This document shows positions 11,294 through 24,044 of a stretch of 64,000 bases of DNA, piece by piece. The notes under the pieces were generated by a model that saw only the letters and a program-made list of their open reading frames with translations, was not told where the DNA came from and did not search any database. The DNA comes from Tricharina praecox (Eukaryota). The stretch is from assembly GCF_024521635.1 (NCBI RefSeq), contig NW_026250403.1, positions 2,976,001-3,040,000 on the forward strand, written 5' to 3'. The stretch's first letter is position 1; each line of letters starts with the position of its first letter. The translations under genes were made by a program, and so were the position numbers.

Positions 11294-13804
11294 ATGCCAT
11301 CCGCCTCCGTCGCCTCCGTCGCCTCCGTCGCCGTCGGTGCGCCCACGCGGCCCATCCGTGTCCCCATCCCCGAAAAGAAAGGCCAGCAGGGTCCCGCGAC
11401 CGCCGAATCCCGCCGCCTGAGCAAAAGCCTAAAGCGCAAACGAGACGAAAACGAGCTCGCCGCACTCTCCACCGCGGTCGAGAACTTCGACTCGAAGACC
11501 GCCACGCTCTTTGCCGAGTTACCATTGACCCGCCAGTCTGCCGTCGCGCTCGATAAGTCACACTTCAAGGCGCTCACCGATATCCAGCGGAAGGCAATCC
11601 CGCTCGCGCTGAAGGGCAAAGATGTGCTCGGCGCCGCGAAGACCGGGTCCGGGAAGACGTTGGCTTTTTTGATCCCCGTGCTGGAGAACTTGTATCGCAA
11701 GCAATGGAACCACCTCGATGGCGTCGGTGCGCTGATTATCTCTCCCACGCGCGAGCTGGCAACTCAGATCTTTGAGGTGCTGCGGAAAGTCGGGCGGGAG
11801 CACACATTCTCGGCGGGCCTGGTGATCGGAGGGAAGAAGCTGAAGGACGAGCAGGAGGCGCTACATCGCATGAACATCGTTGTGTGCACACCTGGCCGTA
11901 TGCTGCAGCATATGGACCAGACTGTTGGGCTCAACTTTGAGAACTTGCAGATGCTGGTGCTTGACGAGGCCGACAGGATTCTGGATATGGGGTTCCGGAA
12001 GACGCTGGATGCGATTATCACCAATCTCCCCCAGGAACGACAAACGCTGCTGTTTTCGGCGACGCAGACGAAGAGTGTGTCCGATCTTGCGCGGCTGAGT
12101 CTGAAGGAGCCCGAGTACGTTGCCGTGCACGAGGCCGCCGCATCGGCCACGCCCGTAACGCTGGAGCAATTCTACATGGTTGTTCCGCTGCACGAAAAGC
12201 TGGACACACTCTTCGCCTTCCTGCGGAACCACCTGACCGCAAAGATCATTGTCTTCATGAGCTCGTGCAAGCAGGTCCGCTTTGTCTACGAAACCTTCCG
12301 ACAGCTACACATCGGTATCCCGCTGCTGCACCTCCACGGAAAACAAAAGCAAACTGCACGCACAGACATCACGGCCAGATTCCTCGCCTCGCCGAACAGC
12401 TGTCTCTTCGCGACGGACGTGGTAGCCCGCGGCCTCGATTTCCCCGGCGTCGACTGGGTGATCCAAATTGACGCACCAGAAGATGCCGATACCTACATCC
12501 ACCGCGTGGGTCGTACCGCGCGCTACGAAAAAACCGGGCGGGCACTGCTCTTCCTCTGTCCCAGCGAGGAGACAGGCGTAATCAAGCGTCTGGAGGCGAA
12601 GAAAGTGCCGATCGTCCGGGTCAACGCCAAGCAGTCCAAGAAGAAAGAGATAAAGCCGCAGATGCAAAGCCTGTGCTTCAAAGACCCGGAGCTGAAATAC
12701 CTCGGGCAGAAAGCCTTCGTTAGCTACGTGCGCAGCATCTCGATCCAGAAGGACCGCGAAACCTTCCAGCTGGCGGAATACCCGCTCGAAGAGTTCGCCA
12801 GCAGTCTTGGGCTCCCCGGGCAGCCGCGGATCAAGGGCATGAAAACGGCCGATACCGAACGGATCAAGGAACGCAAGAACCTGCCCCGTGCGCTCCGGAA
12901 ACTCGAGGAGGAGCAGGCCGCCGCCACTGCAGCAGCAGACAGCGACGATGACAGCGACGCCGACTTGGCTAAGAAGAAGGACGAGAAGAAGGACGAGAAG
13001 AAGGTCCGCACTAAACACGACAAGATGGTCGAGCGGCAGAACCAGAACGTGCTCGCTGAGCACTACCGCAGCCTCGTACACGATGCGGACGCTTCGGATG
13101 ACGATGCGGACTTCTTGCAGGTGAAGCGGACGGGTTACTCCGATTCCGAAGGAGAGGAGGAAGACGACAAGGAGGATGAGGAGGCGGATGCGGATGCGGA
13201 CTCTACCGGCGGGGCGGTCGACCTAATAAAGAAGGTAGTCCTCGGCCCCGACGGCAAGGAGCTAATCATCGACAGCAAGCGTCGCGAGAAGCTGGTGACG
13301 TCGAAGAAGAAGATTGCGGCGCTCAAGTCGAAGGGAGTAAAACTGCGCTTCGACGACGAGGGCAATGCGCGGTCCGTGTACGAGCTGCAGGATGAGGAGA
13401 AGTTCCTTGCGTCTGGTGCGCCTGAGGACCAGAGGAAGAGCTTTTTGCAGACGGAGGGGAAGAAGGTCAAGATCGCTGATGTCGAGGATCGCGATCTGGC
13501 AAAGAGGAAGAAGAAGGAGAAGAAGGAGAAGCGGAAGCGCCTGGAGAGAGAGGCGATGGGCGAGGAGATGGCGGCGGAACATAATGAGGAGGAGGAGGGC
13601 ATCCAACTATATGGAAAGCTGGAGTTGCCGGATTGGAATGCTACTAGTGATGATGATGAAGAAGGTGGGGGTGTTGAGCTACAGGAGAAGTCGGAGAGGC
13701 CGAGTAAGAAGAGGAAGAAGGAGAAGAGGAGAGTCATTGAGGCGGAGGATGAGCCCGAGACACTGGAGGACTTGGAAGCTCTGGCGGCTGGTTTGTTGGG
13801 TTGA
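11294..13804 (+). CDS. DBP4: DEAD-box RNA helicase Dbp4/DDX10 (18S rRNA processing), intronless, 836 aa
   Basis: [47 protein letters not shown]-terminal [20 protein letters not shown] and [10 protein letters not shown] typical of Dbp4. Confidence 0.95.
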   Translation: MPSASVASVASVAVGAPTRPIRVPIPEKKGQQGPATAESRRLSKSLKRKRDENELAALSTAVENFDSKTATLFAELPLTRQSAVALDKSHFKALTDIQRKAIPLALKGKDVLGAAKTGSGKTLAFLIPVLENLYRKQWNHLDGVGALIISPTRELATQIFEVLRKVGREHTFSAGLVIGGKKLKDEQEALHRMNIVVCTPGRMLQHMDQTVGLNFENLQMLVLDEADRILDMGFRKTLDAIITNLPQERQTLLFSATQTKSVSDLARLSLKEPEYVAVHEAAASATPVTLEQFYMVVPLHEKLDTLFAFLRNHLTAKIIVFMSSCKQVRFVYETFRQLHIGIPLLHLHGKQKQTARTDITARFLASPNSCLFATDVVARGLDFPGVDWVIQIDAPEDADTYIHRVGRTARYEKTGRALLFLCPSEETGVIKRLEAKKVPIVRVNAKQSKKKEIKPQMQSLCFKDPELKYLGQKAFVSYVRSISIQKDRETFQLAEYPLEEFASSLGLPGQPRIKGMKTADTERIKERKNLPRALRKLEEEQAAATAAADSDDDSDADLAKKKDEKKDEKKVRTKHDKMVERQNQNVLAEHYRSLVHDADASDDDADFLQVKRTGYSDSEGEEEDDKEDEEADADADSTGGAVDLIKKVVLGPDGKELIIDSKRREKLVTSKKKIAALKSKGVKLRFDDEGNARSVYELQDEEKFLASGAPEDQRKSFLQTEGKKVKIADVEDRDLAKRKKKEKKEKRKRLEREAMGEEMAAEHNEEEEGIQLYGKLELPDWNATSDDDEEGGGVELQEKSERPSKKRKKEKRRVIEAEDEPETLEDLEALAAGLLG

Positions 13805-14339
13805 GATGGAGCTTGGTTAATGTACATTCATACAACGGGTATTTGCGAGCGTCATAAAGGGAATCAAAAGTTACTGTGCTGTCACTCGTCGAAGGGCCAG
13901 GGATCGACTCGTACCATAAAAGGTCAACCCGTGGTCTCATGATCAGTCATAGTTGAATGTCAAATGATGAAACCCAAAGAAAGGTCAATTGGGGTGCTCC
14001 CACGAGCCGAGCACCACATCGAGTAGGTTCCGAGGGAGACGGAACAAGGCTGTACTATTGTCATGATCGGCCACGGTTGAATACGATATGATGTACCTAC
14101 AAAGGTACTTGAGTAATGATTAGAATTCATTCCATTGATTATTACTCTGTGCTTGTTCTCATAATTCCTCTTGTTCCTATCACCCTCGTTACTCTCCTCG
14201 CATGCAGGCCATTACTTACGAAACGTACAACTCGACAAGACGCCGACCTCTAGTAATAAAATTACACAGCGACAAACACGCCCCTCTCTTCATTCCCACA
14301 TCATATCCTTTAGACAGCCTAGGATACTAGAAAGCTCTC

Positions 14340-16871
14340 TCAAAGCAATCCGATACAAAACCCAATAGCTACCAAAAGCGCCGCAGCACTTGGAGCACGG
14401 ACACTGGGTCCCATCGACTGCAGGTTACCACCAGTAGGCAGAGCTTTTGGTGTCTCATTCCGTTCCGAAATGTACGATCTGTTACCGGTAGGTGTCGGAG
14501 GATAAGGAGGCAGCGGCTCCAGAATCGGATAGTCATCGGTGCTGTTGTATACTACGCCGTTGTAAACCACGCCTGTAGTATCTGCAATGTGGAGCCAGCC
14601 GTCGGCATCGCAAGTTGCGATATCACGGTAGAAACAGGTTGGTGCTGGGGGTGGCGCAGCTACCAGACTCTTGGTGCTGTTTACGGTTCCGGTCGTCGAG
14701 TAATCGTCTGTGATTTTCTCTCCGGTGGCGATCGAAAGGCCCTTAATGACGCGCTCAAAGATTCTGTATGCCGTCTCGGGTTGGTAGGCAGGAATGAGAT
14801 GTCCGGCTTGACTGAGCTTGGGATTAGAAATCATGCGGACTCCCAGAGATGTTATGGCCGAACTCACTATATCCGCGAGAACGAGAATCCGGCGTGCTGC
14901 CGAACTTGACCACCGATATAAGATCCATTGACTTCGATATCCTGATACCCTGCACTCAGGAAATCGTCTGAGTTGGTGTAATTGACGGCCAAGCTGTCCG
15001 CCTCGCCTCCCAGCCAGTTACAGATGTAATCTCGATCGCCTGGGGATGGAGTCAGTTAGATCACCCAGAGGTTCTGTGGGAGAACTAGAACCTACCGTAG
15101 ATTAGAGCTACACGTACACCCTGCTCCAACAGGTAGGCGATTGATTCCAATTGCCCTCCACGAACGAAATCACCAGCTGTGCTTTCGATTAGCCACATAT
15201 TAGCGGTAGAGAATGATAGGAGACTGACTGTTTTTGAAATTGCGGAACACGGCGTTGCTATTTTGCGTGTAATTCACACGAGCACCAATGGCCTCTTGTA
15301 CAGTAACGTTGTTCAGATATTCCTGCGACGCCATCAGATTCTGCCTTCAAACCAGAAATTAGACAGCAATCGTACATGATGATATTCTCCTGGGAAAGGA
15401 TCTGCCGTGTCGTGAGCGATATCGTAATAACTCCTATAGGTATCTTGTGAGTGAATAATACGGTACAAGATCTTCTACGTAGCACAAACCTTCCAGACAA
15501 CGAAAAGAGTCCCTTGATAGAATCACATAATTCGTTTGCGCGGGCACATATTTCGTTTACCCTCTCATTGTCGCCCGTGTTGTCACTGTCGAGCTCTCTG
15601 GCCAGTTGTCTGCACTGTAGGGTTTGCTCTTTGCATCCGCCTGGCCGTTCGAACATATCAAGGCCCATCGTCCGATTCTCTTCAGGAATACCTTCGATGC
15701 CATAGGGGTTGTTGTTGCTATACTCCATGTACGCAGGAGTCATCGTCAAGACGTCAATGCATCCATTGAGGATGCCCAGTGCCTCCAGTTTGATCTCCAC
15801 CGTCTCGTTCTTAGGAAGCTCGCCCGTTTCTCGGCGCTTATTCTGCTTGTCGAAGTATTCAAAGAATGTGGGGCCATACTTTCCACCGTAGCTCTCAGCG
15901 AAGAGATTGACGCTCGATGAGCCAGCGTACTGCGGGAAGTTGGTCAACCACGCTTGAAGGAAGTGCCAGGTAGCCACAGCCGCGATCTGGGTCGTGTTCA
16001 CGGTGAAATCTGCGTTGTCCGAGGAGAATGTTCCATTGATCAATGCCACGGTGCGCAGTGCCTCGAGAAAGGCTGCATTGGTGTCGTTCGCAGGGGTGAC
16101 TTCGGATGCCTTTGGTTGGTCGTCTTGGGGAGGCGCAACTTTTCCAGGCATATGATCTGCATTCGGATCCAACAAAGCTCGGGAGCCGTTTGTTGGTGTA
16201 TCGTAAGAAAGTCCAACTTGGTTCGGCTAAGCGTCTCGAATAAGCATAACGGTCCGAAGTAAGCGGACACCCAAGTACCCAGCCGTATGTATGATGTGTA
16301 CCTGATCAATGAAGAGCATATTACTCGCACCATCCCAGCTGAACTAAAAATCGCATCAGTCACTATTTCGAGTACCCGGCAGAAATCTTACACCAGGTAC
16401 CTACCTCTCGTGGGATCGTGGTGAGTGATTCTTTGCTCGCCGGAACCACTTTACAGGGCCCGACCTCCTGCATCAGCCCAAGCATCGACGAGCTCCCTAA
16501 GACATTTGCATCAGCAACCGGCAGCTTCTTTCGGCTGGAGACCACATACCAGGTCCTCCATTGAGCCAGATGGTCAATGGCGCATCCTTCGGATTTTCCC
16601 GAGCCTCAATGAACCAGAAGAAGGTGTTGATGGGGTAGTCCTGTCTGATGGCCGTCAACGTGCTCGGCGGAAGATGGACATGCCCGGCAAACTGCTTCTG
16701 GTCCGGATACCACGTCCGACAGATCTCGTTGCCCGGCTCTTTGTACGTGATGATGACATCCGGGTCTCCGGGAGTACTGATTTGTTTGGTGCCAGTTACC
16801 GGCGGAGGATAGCCATATTCAGCAGCGGACGATGTGATGATGCATGATATGACCAGTACAAGGGGATGCAT
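14340..16871 (-). CDS. Secreted serine carboxypeptidase (S10), multi-exon, with a hydrophobic C-terminus (GPI signal or membrane anchor)
   Basis: Signal peptide [44 protein letters not shown], catalytic [20 protein letters not shown] and [15 protein letters not shown]. Ends [16 protein letters not shown]. Confidence 0.9.
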
Positions 16872-17007
16872 CGAGGGACGTATGCCAGTGGACGGGAAAG
16901 TTCAGCGAAAGGAGATGCACACAATACAACGCCAGGCGGAATGATTCAGACAGAGTTGGAGAGCGAGTGTCGGGTGTGCTTTTCCAGTATGTAGTGACGG
17001 GGAGACA

Positions 17008-17039
<32 letters not shown>

Positions 17040-19575
17040 AGAGATGCCGTCTATAAGTGAAATCGGAGCAACGAGGAAGAAGTGAGATACCTATAACAAG
17101 GCAGACCAGAGCAGCAGTGCAACATAACCCGGCAACTGGGGGTGGTAGGGTGACTACGGCGTTTTGGTCTGTCCTGCAGCAAGACCTGGCCGGCAGCGAG
17201 TGCGGATGTCTCTGGTTCGCTGGGCAGAGTACAACAACGATGCGGCCCAACAGAACATCGTGCATCGAGCTCGGGCACTCAGCCCCATGCAGATCCGGGG
17301 CATTACGACGTTCGGTACGTTATTACTGTTTTTTCACACAGGAAGAACAGAGGTAGAGTAAGTACCAGCGATATGGAGTGGAATAGACGGTCTCTTGAAG
17401 AGTGGCGATGTATATGTACAATACACGCAAACCGACGTAGGAACGGTGCCGCATGGGATCGGATGCAAATCTGTTATAGTTATAACCTCTCGGCGATTCG
17501 TGGGGGCGGGCGATCACTGCAGAGCACTCGCGCGCCTACTCTGCAGCCTGCAGGGGCCCCCCCGCTTTTGACGTCCTGCGGAGGGCAAGGTCGAATGCAG
17601 TGATGATTGAACACAAGTCCTGCGGAGTCGGTGTTTGTGATCGTCATGGCCTAGTACCGATACTAATAGACAGGCCGTATGCGACAATGCGACAATAAAA
17701 TGATGCTCTCTCCTTCTCTCTCGCGCGCGCTGGACGAAGAACAACAGGAACCCACATCGCGCCAAAGGACATTGGTAGGAGACACGGATTCGCAACACAG
17801 TCATGATACAAAGGTCGAATACTTCTTTTGTCGTCCTTTCCTTCTCATTAAGCTTTAACGCCACCGCCGCCGCCGCTTCTATCGCCGCTTTCGATTAACG
17901 GGTCCAGCTGGATCCGCTTTCCACCGTGCGATTTGCTTTTTGCAACTGCGTGCCTTATCCGACTCCGTCGTGTTTGTCTCTCCTTTTGGCCATCGAGGGA
18001 AGTCGCTGTTATGGGCTACTAGAAGCTTCGAAGCCGATTCGAAAGTACTATATTGTCTCCACCGCCGCCGCCAAACCCACCGCACGCGCCCTCCTAGCCC
18101 GCCATACAGATCCCGGAGCCGCTTCCGCTTCGCATCCCGACGTGATTATACTCCGAGATGTGACCGGCACATAGACTCTGGGTCATCATCACAGGCTGGA
18201 CTGTCGGCTTGAAACATCTACTGAATACCCAGGCAAGTACTTACCCAAGTACCTACCGGTAGGTACTGAATTCGAGAGAACACGGGCACTTCCAAATGCC
18301 GGTACGATCCGCAACCGGCCACAGGGGGCAAGGTGTCGGTTTCTTCAAATTTCAAACCCGTACGACCGGTAGTATGATGCCGGCACTTTACCGCAGCCGA
18401 CATCCCAGGCCATGAACGCAAATCCGCCCTTACAACGCATAGCTCTTCGTCGCCTAGAGTACGTCTGGCAAATGCCGGGATGTCTGCATCCTGCCGAGAC
18501 AAGCGTCTGTCCTGAAGAGTTTGAAAGTATGGCATCGTCGCTGTCTGTCGCCGTCTGATACGTGTAAATGGTTGACGTCTCTCGCGAATTCGATCATCTG
18601 GTTTATAAAGTCCGACGTCCGCGCAACAACAGCTTTTCTCGAAGCTACAGCACTGTCGGAGCTCCGGCGCAGAACCCAAGTGCAAGGATAACGACGGCAA
18701 AAGGCGTAAAAACGGCGGAAAGACTGGGATGATGGCGCGGGAGACACGGATAGATACGAGGGTGGAAGCGCATTTGACGGGGATAGCGCAGGGAAGAAAT
18801 GGATAGCTGCCCAGCGGTCTATGTATGCGTCGGGTAGAGTAAAGCACGGAATGAGGCTCGGAGATGCTGGTGATGAGCAAGTACCGGTATGTAGGCATGG
18901 AAGATGAGAGTGATGTTGTTCCGAGGACGGGACTCCGAGGAGAGGATTCCTGCGTACTTCCTGCGTACTCTACATCGCATCTCCCTACCTTCCGTTAGTT
19001 TGATCACGCTCTCACGCTAGCATCAACCCACTTACCGGTGGCCGGAGGAACCGCGGTGGGACAGATGAGGCGAGTGCTCGCTCTATGTAAAAATGACACG
19101 ATTTGCTGCGCTTAACCACTGGAATGCACTCAGGCCCTGGGTTTTCCCTGGAAATTGGGAAAAGGACTAGTGTACGAGCACTCACAAGCCCTGTCTCACA
19201 ATCTTCCTCCTCCGCAAGCGTCTGCGTCTTGAAGTTGTTACGTTACCGCTTTCTCCCCAAGTTCTCCCTTCAACCAACCAACCAACATCCCAACTGCCCG
19301 CAAGTCGAAGAACACGCCTGCAGCTACCCACACGACCCACCCCCTCTGCCTCCACCTCCACCTCCACTCTATTTACCCAGCAAGCACCACCCCACCATAA
19401 AGCACAGCAGGAAGACCACCGTTCCCTGTCCATCACCCCCGATATTCAATTTCTTCTATCGCCGTCGCACTAGAGAACAAAACTCCCCCAACTTCTCGCA
19501 ACAACTGACACACAGAATAACCGAACCACTTGACGCAGTTATCCGAAACCGGTCGCACTCATAACAACACACAAG

Positions 19576-20337
19576 ATGATTCTCGAAAACTTCCTGCGGC
19601 GCCTGCTGCGGCTCTATCTGCAGAGTACCTTCGAAAAGCACCCTTTGCTACAAGAGACCCTCACGCGCATAGCAACTCGCGCAAGCTCCTCATTCTCCTT
19701 CTCGTGGCCCAAGTCGACCGCCGACACGCCCTCGTTACCAATGCGCGCCGTCGTCTCATCAATCCTCCCAGGAAGGCTCTACCTTTCCGGCATTACCGCC
19801 GCCTCGTCCGCGCCGACACTCGCCGAGTACGGGTTCACCCATGTCCTCTCGATCGTCACGGCCGAAGAAGCGCCGCGGATGCCGGCGGGTATCACTCACC
19901 AAATCATCCCGATCAGCGACACGAGCACGACCGACATCCTCAGCCGACTTCCGGAAGTGGTGGCATTCATCAATTCCGCGTTCGGCGAGTCGGAGGACTC
20001 GAAGGTTCTCGTGCACTGCGTTGAAGGAGTGTCGCGCTCGGCCTCGGCCGTGATCGCGTACCTCATGGCGGAGCGCGGCATGACCTTTGGACAAGCCCTC
20101 CGCATCGTCAAGCGGCGCCGCTCCATCGTCTGTCCGAATCTTGGATTCGTCCGCCAGCTGAGCGAATGGGGGAGCATCTGCGAAGCGAAGCGTATGGAGC
20201 AGCCGAAGGAGTGGGAACAGGTTCTGCGGAGGAGCACCGGCGCCCGCTCGGAATCTTCACCGCCCCCGGTGCGCGTCGAGAAGGTCGAGAAGCGCAACTG
20301 GATGGCGTGGGTCTTTGGCCGGAACGCTATGTCATGA
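19576..20337 (+). CDS. Atypical dual-specificity protein phosphatase (start may instead be Met at 19741)
   Basis: SILPGRLYLS, THVLSI, D-loop ISDTSTTDIL, active site VHCVEGVSRSASAVIAYLM, and CPNLGFVRQL. Confidence 0.88.
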   Translation: MILENFLRRLLRLYLQSTFEKHPLLQETLTRIATRASSSFSFSWPKSTADTPSLPMRAVVSSILPGRLYLSGITAASSAPTLAEYGFTHVLSIVTAEEAPRMPAGITHQIIPISDTSTTDILSRLPEVVAFINSAFGESEDSKVLVHCVEGVSRSASAVIAYLMAERGMTFGQALRIVKRRRSIVCPNLGFVRQLSEWGSICEAKRMEQPKEWEQVLRRSTGARSESSPPPVRVEKVEKRNWMAWVFGRNAMS

Positions 20338-21561
20338 CCTCGCTGTTTTCTTACATTTCCTTCCGAGCGCTACACTGTTTTTACTACGTTATACTGTTTT
20401 TCTTCGCTCAACTATATGTTCGGGCTGCATTGCAGGAGGAGGAGAGACCTAATTGCCGGCGGTGGACGGGACGGGAAGAGAACGAGCACCAAGGGCGTTT
20501 CGGAATTTCATGGAGTATTGATTCGAGGAGAAACGGGCATGGGCATGGGGCATGGGAATATTGGATCTGGCGTCTTGAGTTTTTTTTCTTCCTTCCATAG
20601 CGCGCACATTTTGCTTTACATTTCTACGGGGGGTTTTTTGCTTCGATTATTACCGTACCATTGTATGGGTAGCTGGTGACGAGGATTGTTTGCTTTCCAT
20701 AACGATTGCTCTAGATGGAGAGGAGGGATAGTTAGAAGGGCGGTTATCATGAAGAAGAAGATGAAGATGAAGATGATCTGTTGTATATAGACGAGTTGAT
20801 TCTATGAACTTGAGCATGAGCTTGAGATTGCGCTTGAGTAGAGTAAAGCGGGGCTCCTCGGGGGCTCTACAGTACAAGAAAGCAGACAGGCAAGAAACAC
20901 GAGTGATTGGATTGGACAGACAGGTTCCAGTGATCGCAGCGGCTCTATTCGCTGCCAACCTCGGGACCCTGCCCCGTCCCATAGATCGGCTCGTCTGGCG
21001 AATCAAAACCCGGGAATGCCGTGGTTTCATCGCCTTTTTTTTCTTTCCCTCTCGTCCATTCGCCTCAAGGCTGATCGTCTGCCCGGACGCTGGACGGGGG
21101 TCGACGTGGTAGGCTACGTACTAGGTGGTAGGGAGGTACGTGTGAGGAATGTGACAGGTCGTTGACGAATTCTTTGTATGTACAATACACCCGGCCGCAG
21201 ATAGGGACCTACATTATACATATCGACTCTACACACGGCAAAGAAGAGGAATGTCCGCTCCAGCGGCGATGTGCATACATAACATACCTACAGTTTTGCG
21301 GACGGGGTGCGGGCGGTCTGTGCGGAGCACAGTACCGGAGCGCGGCGCCGGAGCCAGAGCGGGAAGGAACGTTCGTTCAGCCTTACGATAATTCCATCGA
21401 ACTGGTTGCGCGCGCGGGCGGGATCTCAGCGGGGATCCAGGGTGGGGCGGCGGGGTCTGGGCTGGGCTCTGGTGGGGGGTTGGTACATAACTTGGGTAAC
21501 CTAGGTTGTGTTGGGGCCGGTCGGGGTTTCTTTGTCGCGTGTGCGCACTGCTGCGTGCGTG

Positions 21562-21795
21562 GGATGGGTGGATGGATGGATGGATGGGGGTGCTATGTAC
21601 GCGTGGGGGGAGGGAGGAGGGGGGTGCGGAGACACGAAGTCAAAGTCGAAGACGGCGTACGCACGGGGAGATGTGGATTTCTGGATTTCTTCGACACCTA
21701 GAGTTCGTTCGTTCGAGCGCTCGGCCGGGTTTTGGCTGGCTGGCTGGATGGATGGCTGGCTGGATGGATGGCTGTCTCGCTGGATGGCTGTCTGG
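21562..21795. repeat. (GGAT)/(GGCT) tetranucleotide microsatellite patches
   Basis: ggatgggtggatggatggatggatgg near 21562 and tggctggctggctggatggatggctggctggatggatggc near 21733. Confidence 0.8.
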
Positions 21796-24044
21796 CCGCC
21801 CGGCCCAGATCTGATCCACCCTGGCTATGGCGTGTATGTATGGCCGGATGTTTTGCAGCACCGAATAACGCCAGCGATAGTTCCTCTAGTTATTGTCCAG
21901 CACCAGTCCGAGCGGCACCAGTGGTCTAGAGAGAGGAATGATGTCATGACCACCCACGGGCGTGCCTGGAGAAGACAAAGAACATCTACCGCCGGCGTTA
22001 ACGCTCGAGGGCTCCTAGCTTGAAGGGAAAAGCCCGTCGAGGGCTGGGCCAGCTGGGCCCGCGAGTGCGTGCATGTGTTCAGGTGCGCTGAGACGGGATC
22101 CTCACGGGAAGGGAAGGGCTTGAATGCGGGGCGTCCGCGTGCCGTGGGTTCTATAGAGTTTCGTGAGCTCCACATGCTCTAGAAGAGGAAGAGGAGGAAT
22201 CTGGAGGTTATATCTGACTGAGTTTGTGAAAAGCTTGTTCGTGGAGCTGGAGGTCGATGTCTTCTTCTCCTTAAAGGCTGGGTCCGAACTTTAATTTAAT
22301 GTATGGCGGCTCCTCCGCGGGGTGAAGGGCGGTATAGGTGGGATTATTCGTGTCGGAAGCTGCAGCATATCGGATTTTGTGTGGTGGGTGGGCGGACAGC
22401 GGATAGGTCCGGCCGTGAAGAAATGGCGAACAGGACCTGAGTACCCAATGTATGCATCCAGTGATACCCGGAATCCCTATCCTTTATGCGCAAGGCAGAG
22501 TCTGATCGATAGATGAACATGACGCCTGGCCGCGAATACCGTCCGCTTCTGGCCGGCCGATGTGGAGAGCCTTCTTGCAGCCAGCATCTCCCCCACTCCC
22601 TGCAGAATAGGGAAGACATCGACGAATGTCGATGGTGATGCTACCAAGTGTTGATATGGAGGGAAGCGTGTCGTGCGTCTCATGATATTTCTTTTCTTTT
22701 CTTCTTTTCTTTGATCTCCACCTTCCGTCCTCCATCCTTATATCCCTATGCCTATTATGTGGAGAGCCGGTGCCGGTAGCTCTAGACTGCGGATCCCCTC
22801 ACTTTGCGTCTTCTCCTCATTCTTCACGGGGCGCCGGTTTTGTGTCGCTATTTCGTGGCGAGCCATCCATGGCGATCCACATTCGCCTTCTACTCTAGAT
22901 CTTCTCTTGGCCGCTTTTCAATCTATTTCCCTCCCCATTGGTTGGTTGATTGGGGAATCAATTCTGGATTTTTTCACGGATTTTGCACGGCTGCTTCTTT
23001 GCTCACCGTGTTCAGCGTAATCGCAGAGATTATCTTCATGTTTATCGTCATCATCTTCTCCTGCGCTTGTTCGCCGTGGTTCTCGCTGTTATAAATCACA
23101 TTACTTGGTTAATACCCTACACGTCTCTGATATCTCCTCCACTCATCACTTTAACTCTACACGAGAAGCGCCACCGAGCAGCGACACGCTCTCCGAAAGC
23201 AGCGGAGCAACTCCCGCTTGTAGATAAAAGAGAGAGAAATAGAGAGCGGAAGGAAGAAGTCAAGGATTCCCTCTCGCATTAACCAACGCCGAGAGTGAGA
23301 GAAGTGAGGAAGAGTGACGGAGAAGTGAGTTGGACGCCTCCCACGGAATATACACCCCCCATCCCCCCATCCCCAAAATACCCCCAACCCCATCGCTCCC
23401 AAATCCACCAACACCCCTTCTTCCCCTCCCCGAGTCGTCGGCCATTACACATCGATAACGACTTCCCTCCTTTTCTACAACAACCACGACGCCAACTCCA
23501 CACACGGGACTCGGTATTCTCGACCTCCTCTTCCCTACACCTCTCCCTCCCACCTCCCTTCCCTCTTCCTCGACCCTCCCCCACCATCACGTCCCTTGCT
23601 TCATCACCTTCGGTTCACCCCCCTTTCGACCTTATTTCACTTCGCGTCCTCCGGGGAAGCACCTATCAAAGGAGTTTCCTATATTCGGTTCCCGTACCGA
23701 CGCCCCTCGACAACTCCTTCGATCTTCCTCCCAAGGCAACCCAAATAACACGCTGTGCCATCGTGCCCTCCGTTTCGAATCAAGGGCAACATCAAAACAC
23801 GTCCCTGTCGCCACGGACGAGTCTTTAATCGTTTATCTGTTCGACGCCCTTAATCAACACCACACTTCGTCCTCAACACCACTCCTCGTCCGGAACACCT
23901 TCCCGTCTCGGATCTACGCCTTTCGGTCACGTCAGAGAAACCATCGAGAAAGAATAAAATCATTCTCTCCAGTTCTTAGACTACAGATCAACCTCTATCA
24001 GTTCCCCCGCTGAAAGGACGGTGCTAACTAGGACGCTCCACTCT

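Noticed and set aside
503-13827. Long antisense or overlapping ORFs over SAPS, VPS60, SEC3 and DBP4 (e.g. 5227-6198, 12305-13081)
   Set aside because: Shadow frames of GC-rich coding sequence with no independent signals.
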